A stretch of DNA of 64,000 nucleotides from contig JBFWWG010000006.1 of NCBI GenBank assembly GCA_050246315.1, positions 155,002-219,001 on the forward strand, written 5' to 3'. The notes beneath the pieces are model-generated. The model searched no databases, was not told the DNA's origin, and saw nothing but the letters and a program-made list of their open reading frames with translations. This DNA is from Nitrospiraceae bacterium (GTDB taxonomy: Bacteria > Nitrospirota > Nitrospiria > Nitrospirales > Nitrospiraceae). A program made the position numbers and the translations under genes. This document shows positions 57,357 to 64,000 of the stretch, one piece after another. Every line of letters begins with the position of its first letter. The stretch's first letter is position 1.

Positions 57357-58340
57357 TCAGAGGCGCGGGGAGGTGCTGCCGGAGAAAGACCCGCCAGCAC
57401 CGAGGTGGCGTCGGCCAGGGTCCGAGCGAAGGTCTTGTATCGGGCCGAGTGGAACAATCCTGGTCGGATTGATCTCGTCGTGCGTGACATAGTAGTGGCG
57501 TTTGATGTGGTCGACGTTCACCGTTTCCGCGATGCCGTCCACCTGATAGAGATCCTTGAGATAACCGAAGAGGTTTGGATAGTCGACGATTCGACGCAGG
57601 TTGCATTTGAAATGGCCGTGGTAGACCAGATCGAACCGCAGCAAGGTGACAAAGAGGCGCCAATCGCTTTCGACGAATCGCTCGCCGAACAGGTATCGTT
57701 GAGCGGAGAGACGTGATTCCAATGTATCGAGGGCACTGAACAGGCGCGTGACGGCTTGCTCGTAGGCTGCCTGGGAGGTCGCGAATCCCGCCCGGTAGAC
57801 CCCGTCGTTGATGTTTTCATAGAGAAAGTCATTCAATCGGTCGATCTCGCGTTCCAGCCCGATTGGGCACAGATCCAGATCGCTGGACGTGAACCGATTA
57901 AAGGCGCGGTTGAGCATCCGCATGAGATCATCGTCCGAATTGCTCACGATCCGGCGACGTTCTCGGTCCCAGAGCACAGGAACGGTAACGCGGCCGCGAT
58001 ACTGGGGATCGGTGGCCCTGTAGGCTTCGCTCAGAAATTGGAAGTGATTGACGGGATCAAGCGAATGGCCTGGCCCTTCACGAAACGCCCATCCCCGTTC
58101 GTCGCGAATCGGATCGACGACGGTCATGCCGACGACCGATTCAAGTCGCTTCAGTCGTCGCACGATGATGGTGCGATGGGCCCAGGGGCAGGCCCATGAC
58201 ACATACAGGTGGTAGCGGCCGCTCGCAGGGGAATAACCGGAACTCCCGTCCTCTGTCACCCAATCTCGGAATGCATCCGCCTGGCGTTTGAAGACACCCT
58301 CGCTGACCTGTTCATCCGGAAATTGCGGCGTTGCTGTCAT
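57357..58340 (-). CDS. Glutathionyl-hydroquinone reductase (Xi-class GST, YqjG-like)
   Basis: GRYHLYVSWACPWAHR, TVPVLWD, GVYRAGF, HFKCN, INPTRIVP. Confidence 0.93.
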   Translation of the reverse strand: MTATPQFPDEQVSEGVFKRQADAFRDWVTEDGSSGYSPASGRYHLYVSWACPWAHRTIIVRRLKRLESVVGMTVVDPIRDERGWAFREGPGHSLDPVNHFQFLSEAYRATDPQYRGRVTVPVLWDRERRRIVSNSDDDLMRMLNRAFNRFTSSDLDLCPIGLEREIDRLNDFLYENINDGVYRAGFATSQAAYEQAVTRLFSALDTLESRLSAQRYLFGERFVESDWRLFVTLLRFDLVYHGHFKCNLRRIVDYPNLFGYLKDLYQVDGIAETVNVDHIKRHYYVTHDEINPTRIVPLGPIQDLRSDPGRRHLGAGGSFSGSTSPRL

Positions 58341-58492
58341 CGGTGTTCCTAGCGGGTCGTCCGTTTCTCCCACAACAGGAGTGTACGAGAATCACCGATC
58401 GAATGCGACAGGTGTGGGGACGCCGACGATCGCGTGGGACTCTCGTGGCCTGACCAGACTGGCTGATCACTGGTGGAGCTGGCGGGCCTCTG

Positions 58493-60034
58493 CTAGCGGA
58501 CGCCCGTCAGACGGTTCATGCTCAGGACGGTCTGATTAAAGAGCGCAAGGAAGACCTCATAGTCCCCTTCGGTGACTGTGTGAGGCGCCTCGCCCCTGTC
58601 GGCATAGATGAGCCCGATTGGACGAGCATTGACCCGCAGGGAGGCCAGAACCGCGGACGTCGCCTTCCAAACGTCTAGAAATTCGTCTGACGGACGGAGA
58701 TGATGACCCTGGGCGAGATCCTTCACCAGCAGAGGGTCTCCCCCCGCGAGCACCGAGGCGAGGAACGGATGCTGCCGGGAGAGCGACCCCGTCAGGGAGG
58801 CCAGGTAGGGTTCGACCGGGATCGCGCCAATCACATGCCGTCCCACAAGGGCATCACGATCCGTCGGATTCAACAATGCCAGGCCGATCCTCATGAATCC
58901 GCCGCTGGTTTGTAAGACTGAGACGAAGGAGGAGAGCAACGTGTGGAGATCTTTCGCCTCGTCCAAAGTGCGCTGGAATTCACGGAGCGTTTCCATTGGA
59001 CGGGTATGCATCGGCATCGAGGCAGCCGGACGACCGCTCTTCCGTTTCCATTCCTGCGACGCCCAGTCCGCTCGGCAGGAAAGTTGGTAGGCTCCTGATG
59101 CAGCACGCGCCGGTGGAGGGCCCGCGGGCCGACTGAACGAATCCGGCAGGCCCACCGACCGAACGAATTGCTTCGCTTTCTCCTGTGCCTGCACCAATCG
59201 CTTGTGTAAGACCATCGGCTCAAGGCCGCTGCCGATCTGGATCTGCTTGGTGATCCCGGAGACTTTCGCCGGGTCGCTCTCCGTACTGAACGCCTCAATC
59301 AGAAGATTGGCGCCCACAACCAATCCATGGAACTCCTCCGCTTCTGTCCGCCACCGGGCGGAGGGCAGTCCCGTCTGGGCTCCAAGCAGATGGCCGAAGT
59401 CTGCCGGCAGCTTCCAATGTTCGACCAGCGCAAGTGCGACCTGACGTTTGGTCACACCCAGGATGCCGGCTTCCTCCCGCCCGGGTGTCCCGGTTGCCTG
59501 CTCCCGCAATGCCGCCTCCGAAATGGCATACCATAACGACGGCGCCTGGTAGGCGATCGCCAGATCGCCGAGCGAATAGAGCAGGGCCGCGCTGAACAGA
59601 CCGCCCCTCGGCGGAATCTGCATGGCGGTTTCGATCTCCGTCGCATAGGCGGCGGCATACATCGCCCTCACGATTAGGACGATCACCAGTTCATGCCGCT
59701 CGGGCCATTCCTTGAGTTGCTCGACCAAGGCGGCGGTGGCGACCAGCGCCCGCACGATGTCCTGTCCAAGCCAGGTGATGGCATGGGGAATTGAGGTGAT
59801 GGGTTGGGCCGGGCTATAGGCAACGCTGTTGGCAAGTTGGAGAATCTTACAGGTGAGTCCGGGGTCCAGCCGGACGGTCCGCGAGAGATCGTCGGCATTC
59901 GCCCGGTCATCGATCTGCCGCATGATCGTGCGGCATGTCGCTTGAAGTGCGGGCAGGCCGCAGGTATGCCGGTAGAACAGCGGCTGCAAATCAGGATGCA
60001 ATCCCGCTCGGATCTCTTCGACCGGTGTGGACAT
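58493..60034 (-). CDS. HDOD domain protein with C-terminal GAF domain
   Basis: LPAL, DPGLTCKILQLANS, HWKLP; GAF PIGLIYAD. Confidence 0.85.
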   Translation of the reverse strand: MSTPVEEIRAGLHPDLQPLFYRHTCGLPALQATCRTIMRQIDDRANADDLSRTVRLDPGLTCKILQLANSVAYSPAQPITSIPHAITWLGQDIVRALVATAALVEQLKEWPERHELVIVLIVRAMYAAAYATEIETAMQIPPRGGLFSAALLYSLGDLAIAYQAPSLWYAISEAALREQATGTPGREEAGILGVTKRQVALALVEHWKLPADFGHLLGAQTGLPSARWRTEAEEFHGLVVGANLLIEAFSTESDPAKVSGITKQIQIGSGLEPMVLHKRLVQAQEKAKQFVRSVGLPDSFSRPAGPPPARAASGAYQLSCRADWASQEWKRKSGRPAASMPMHTRPMETLREFQRTLDEAKDLHTLLSSFVSVLQTSGGFMRIGLALLNPTDRDALVGRHVIGAIPVEPYLASLTGSLSRQHPFLASVLAGGDPLLVKDLAQGHHLRPSDEFLDVWKATSAVLASLRVNARPIGLIYADRGEAPHTVTEGDYEVFLALFNQTVLSMNRLTGVR

Positions 60035-60221
60035 AATGATTCGGAATACTGGAGGTGCGCGACTGGATTGAGTCCGAGCCGGTGGTGCTTATGCCTTTAT
60101 CGGATAGGGTCATGTGATCTTGAGGGCGCCTTGCCGATTGGAGATGACGCGGTCGTGACCTTGGGGGGAGGACCGGCGTACAATAGCCCGCAATGGCCGG
60201 TTGGAGAAAGGAGGTCGTTCC

Positions 60222-60806
60222 ATGAGAGGCCGTACCGTACCTATGCTCGCATCCCTGGCTCTCCTCGCCATCCTGATCCCGCTTCCGACCTACCCTGCGG
60301 AACCCTCCCGGGCGGTCACCCTCCCCGTCGAGGCTGTTGCGGATTACGTGCACGCCGTGATTGAGGCCCATCGCACGTTTTATACGCTGCAGGTCGTCGA
60401 GCGTTTGCAGCAACACGGTACGCTGGTCGCATCGGAGAACTGGCGGGCCGCCCACACCCTTCCGCTCCCGGCGCAGTTTCTGAGGGAGACCAGTGACCTC
60501 GCATCGCTGACCGGCACGAGGATCCGATACCGGTTGATCGGGCTCTGGCCGATCAACCGGCAAAATGCGCCCGCCACCGAAGCCGAAAAGGCCGGGCTGC
60601 AACAGGTCCAAGAACATCCGGAGCAGCCCCATACCCGTTTGACGACCGACGGCACAGAGCGGTATTTTGAGGCGATCTATGCCGACCGCGCAGTGGCCCA
60701 AGCCTGTATCGGCTGCCATAATGCGCATCCCAACAGCCCCAAGCACGACTTCAAGGCCGGAGAGGTGATGGGGGCGATTGTGATTCAGATTCCCCTGGAG
60801 CCCTAA
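60222..60806 (+). CDS. Secreted DUF3365/Tll0287-like c-type heme protein
   Basis: Signal peptide; [13 protein letters not shown] (CxxCH), GEVMGA. Confidence 0.85.
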   Translation: MRGRTVPMLASLALLAILIPLPTYPAEPSRAVTLPVEAVADYVHAVIEAHRTFYTLQVVERLQQHGTLVASENWRAAHTLPLPAQFLRETSDLASLTGTRIRYRLIGLWPINRQNAPATEAEKAGLQQVQEHPEQPHTRLTTDGTERYFEAIYADRAVAQACIGCHNAHPNSPKHDFKAGEVMGAIVIQIPLEP

Positions 60807-60904
60807 ACAGGATGCGAAATGAGTCCGCCAGGCGGATGCCCGCCTGGCGGTGGTGTTGCGAAGATAATTCACCAGCGGCTCCACAAAGCCAGAAGAGATC
60901 GCCG

Positions 60905-62329
60905 ATGAGATTTTCCGTCTATGACCCGGGCGAGTTCTACGACGAACTGTACGAGGGGACAGGCCAACCACGGCCCGAGAGCACGCTCTTGCTGCGAAAG
61001 TTTGCGTCCCTACCACAAGGGGAACTCAAGAAACGCCAGCAAGCGGCCGAACGTGTCATTCTCAATATGGGCATGACCTTCGGTGTGTATGGGAGCGACG
61101 GCGGGCATGAGCAGATCTTTCCCTTCGACATCGTGCCCAGGATTGTCTCGGCACGGGATTGGGACCACATCGAATCGGGGCTTCGCCAACGTCTGCGCGC
61201 CCTGAATTTGTTTATCGACGATGTGTACCACGAACAACGCATCCTCAAAGACGGCGTCATTCCCGACCAGTTGATCTTTTCCTGCAAGGGTTTTCTTCAA
61301 GCCTGCATGGGGCTTGATCCGCCTCGGGGCATCTGGTGCCATATCGCCGGGATCGACCTGGTTCGCATCGGCGACGGCCGATATTACGTTCTGGAAGACA
61401 ACATGCGTTGCCCGTCCGGCGTCGCCTATGTGCTTGAGGCCAGGCAGGTGATGAAGCGGACGTTTCCGGAACTGTTCGACGCCTATCGCGTGCGGCCGGT
61501 CGATGGCTATCCCAGTCAGCTCTTGGACACGCTCCGGTATCTCTCGGATCTTCCCGATCCGACCGTCGTGATCCTGACTCCCGGGCTCTACAATTCCGCC
61601 TATTACGAACATTCTCTCCTCGCGCAAAAAATGGGAGTGGAATTGGTCGAAGCCAACGATCTGGTGGTGGTGGACGGGTCGGTACACATGCGGACGACCA
61701 AGGGATTGCAGCGCGTGGACGTCATCTATCGTCGGATCAACGACGACTATTTGGATCCCCTCGCGTTCCGTCCCGATTCGGTTCTCGGCGTTCCCGGGTT
61801 GATGGAATCCTACAAGAAGGGCCGGGTCGCCCTCGTGAATGCGCCCGGAACGGGCGTGTCCGACGACAAGGCGATCTATGCCTATGTGCCGAAGATCATC
61901 AAGTATTACCTGACGGAAGAGCCGATTCTCCCGAACGTCCCCACCTACCTCTGTTCGGACCAACAGGATCGAGCCTACGTCCTGGAGCACCTGGACGAAC
62001 TCGTCGTCAAGGCCACCAATGAAGCCGGCGGGTATGGAATGCTGATCGGCCCGAAGGCCTCGAAACAGGAGCGGGATGAGTACGCCCGCCGCATCAATGC
62101 CGACCCCAGGAATTACATCGCCCAGCCCACGCTGGCCCTCTCGCGCGTTCCCACCCTGGTTGACGACCATGTGGAAGGACGCCACGTCGATCTGCGCCCG
62201 TACGTGCTCCATGGACAGACAGTGTATGTGCTGCCGGGGGGCATGACGCGCGTGGCGTTGCGAAAAGGGTCGCTTGTGGTGAATTCGTCTCAAGGCGGCG
62301 GGAACAAGGATACATGGGTCCTCTCATGA
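60905..62329 (+). CDS. Circularly permuted type 2 ATP-grasp protein
   Basis: [57 protein letters not shown]. Confidence 0.93.
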   Translation: MRFSVYDPGEFYDELYEGTGQPRPESTLLLRKFASLPQGELKKRQQAAERVILNMGMTFGVYGSDGGHEQIFPFDIVPRIVSARDWDHIESGLRQRLRALNLFIDDVYHEQRILKDGVIPDQLIFSCKGFLQACMGLDPPRGIWCHIAGIDLVRIGDGRYYVLEDNMRCPSGVAYVLEARQVMKRTFPELFDAYRVRPVDGYPSQLLDTLRYLSDLPDPTVVILTPGLYNSAYYEHSLLAQKMGVELVEANDLVVVDGSVHMRTTKGLQRVDVIYRRINDDYLDPLAFRPDSVLGVPGLMESYKKGRVALVNAPGTGVSDDKAIYAYVPKIIKYYLTEEPILPNVPTYLCSDQQDRAYVLEHLDELVVKATNEAGGYGMLIGPKASKQERDEYARRINADPRNYIAQPTLALSRVPTLVDDHVEGRHVDLRPYVLHGQTVYVLPGGMTRVALRKGSLVVNSSQGGGNKDTWVLS

Positions 62330-62387
62330 GCGGCACATTCCCCTTCAGCGAACAGCGGACCGACGACAAGCCGGCGCGCGGTCAACG

Positions 62388-63368
62388 ATGCTGAGCCGGG
62401 TGGCAAGCTCCATCTACTGGCTGAACCGGTATATTGAGCGGGCGGAGAACTATGCCCGTTTCATCGAGGTGAATCTCAATCTCACGCTCGACCTCCCCAG
62501 AGGAACGGCGGAGCAATGGGAGCCGTTGGTGGCGACCACGGGCGATCATGAGAGCTTTACGTGCCGGTATGGGAAGGCCACGAAGGAGGCCGTGATCCGA
62601 TTTCTCTCGGCCGATGCGGCGAACCCCAATTCGATCTTGTCCTGCGCGGTGGCCGCACGGGAAAACGCCCGATCGGTGCGGGAAATCATTTCTACCGACA
62701 TGTGGGAACAGGTCAACCGCTTCCATTTGATGGTCCGAGACGCCGTGTCTCACGGGCTGGCCAGCCAAAATCTTCATACGTTCCTAGCGGACGTGAAAGC
62801 GAACAGCCATCTGTTTCTGGGGATCACCGATGCCACCATGTCGCACGGGGAAGGCTGGCATTTCGCCCGGCTCGGCCGCTTGCTGGAACGGGCGGACAAG
62901 ACGTCCCGCATTCTCGATGTTAAGTACTTCATGCTGCTCCCGACGGTGGCCGAGGTGGGCACGCCGTTCGACATTATCCAGTGGTCGGCCTTGTTGAAGT
63001 CCGCCAGCGCCCTGGAGATGTATTGCAAGCAGCACGGTCGAATCGCACCCAATCCTGTGGTCGAATTTCTGATTCTGAATCCGAACTTTCCGCGAGCCGT
63101 CCGCTATTGCCTCATCAAGGCCGAGGATTCACTCCATGCGATTGTCGGATCGGACAGCGGCCAGCATCATACTCTCGCGGAAAAGCGGTTGGGTCGCTTA
63201 CGGTCGGAGATGGATTACGCGGAGATGGCGGAGCTCTTATCGGACGGCCTGCACCAATTTGTCGATAACTTCCAGGCCAAGCTCAACCGGATCGACGACG
63301 CCATCTATGACACATTCTTCGCCTTGCGCCCGGTCGAGGGAAGCCTGGCGATGGAGAAACCACAGTGA
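62388..63368 (+). CDS. Alpha-E domain protein
   Basis: MLSRVA..YW..RYIERAEN, ARENAR, GRLLERAD, FPR. Confidence 0.93.
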   Translation: MLSRVASSIYWLNRYIERAENYARFIEVNLNLTLDLPRGTAEQWEPLVATTGDHESFTCRYGKATKEAVIRFLSADAANPNSILSCAVAARENARSVREIISTDMWEQVNRFHLMVRDAVSHGLASQNLHTFLADVKANSHLFLGITDATMSHGEGWHFARLGRLLERADKTSRILDVKYFMLLPTVAEVGTPFDIIQWSALLKSASALEMYCKQHGRIAPNPVVEFLILNPNFPRAVRYCLIKAEDSLHAIVGSDSGQHHTLAEKRLGRLRSEMDYAEMAELLSDGLHQFVDNFQAKLNRIDDAIYDTFFALRPVEGSLAMEKPQ

Positions 63369-63420
63369 AGATCGACGCGGCACGAAGGGCCAACGAAGGT
63401 TCGTGTTGTGGACCAGAGGT

Positions 63421-63545
63421 TCGTTCATGATGAGCCCTTCGCCTGGCTCAGGACATGCTCGCCGAACCCTGCGGTGAACTCGGTCGAATCGCAGGGACAG
63501 AACTACCCGAAATCTCGCACCCTTCAACAGACTCAGAGTGAACGG
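63421..63545. repeat. REP-like palindromic repeat cluster (second family)
   Basis: CCTTCGCCTGGCTCAG and CCTTCAACAGACTCAGAGTGAACGG resemble 44013-44036. Confidence 0.55.
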
Positions 63546-63578
63546 ATCATCACCGGAATTTCAGGACACCATACCTAG

Positions 63579-64000
63579 GGAATCTCTGATTTATTCTCTC
63601 CGTCCGATATGCTACGGGTAGCGCGGCACTGATGAGGAGGCGCGCCCCATGCAGCAACAGACGTTTGCAGAGGTCACGTTTGAACCGTACCGGAAGCCCA
63701 CCCGCCGAGAGCGGTTCCTGGACGAGATGGCCCGCGTGATTCCGTGGGGAGCCCTGGCAGGGGTTATCGCGCCGTTCTATCCCAACCCTGAGGGGGCCGG
63801 GCGTCCGCCGGTGGGCGTGGATCGGATGCTCCGCATTCATTTCCTGCAACATTGGTTCACCCTGTCGGACCCGGCAGTGGAGGAGGCCCTGTATGACTCC
63901 CGCGCCATGCGGCAGTTTGTCGGCATTGATCTGGGCCGCGAGCCTGTGCCCGATGAGACGACCATCTGTAAATTTCGGCACCTGCTGGAAGGCCACCAGT
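63579..64000 (+). mobile_element. IS5-family insertion sequence, left part
   Basis: CTAG target at 63575-63578, then GGAATCTCTGATTTATT terminus and a transposase ORF. Confidence 0.88.
63649..64000 (+). CDS. IS5-family transposase (runs off the window edge)
   Basis: MQQQTF...KPTRRERFLDEM..VIPW...GRPP...MLRIHFLQHWFTLSDPAVEEALYD...PDETTICKFRHLLE. Confidence 0.95.
   Translation, partial: MQQQTFAEVTFEPYRKPTRRERFLDEMARVIPWGALAGVIAPFYPNPEGAGRPPVGVDRMLRIHFLQHWFTLSDPAVEEALYDSRAMRQFVGIDLGREPVPDETTICKFRHLLEGHQ

Noticed and set aside
61010..62293. Long antisense ORFs (also 11111-12091, 12107-13150, 25929-26987, 53200-54270)
   Set aside because: Shadow frames of well-supported genes, expected from high-GC codon bias

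Overview
A GC-rich bacterial chromosome segment. Gene content and the intergenic repeats suggest a Nitrospira-like organism, which is inference and not a database result. Most of the window is housekeeping. It holds the aromatic amino-acid operon (pheA-hisC-aroF-tyrA-aroA-cmk), yebC-ruvA-[Cys-rich gene]-ruvB without ruvC, and an Rrf2-led sulfate assimilation operon whose sulfite reductase is fused to HEPN and TusA domains. It also holds fis/HU, tRNA-Val-thrS-infC(ATC start)-rpmI-rplT, a converging archaeal-type pheS/pheT pair, and rpe-rsmB-fmt. Further right are corA, anmK, a Zn/Mn ABC transporter, rluD, an RRM protein, a circularly permuted ATP-grasp/alpha-E pair and the left end of an IS5 element. 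The most unusual part is 32.3-39.8 kb. There an initiator tRNA-fMet is split by a 303-nt group I intron whose first loop carries an extra structured insert of about 80 nt. A decayed island follows, bounded by a direct repeat of the tRNA 3' end. Beyond it lie a tRNA 5'-half relic, a nuclease pseudogene and an AT-richer islet encoding a PLD-like protein plus a ClpP-class (SDH) protease with a 59-aa partner gene. A structured MITE-like family with CTA(C/G) target sites and covarying stems occurs at five loci.
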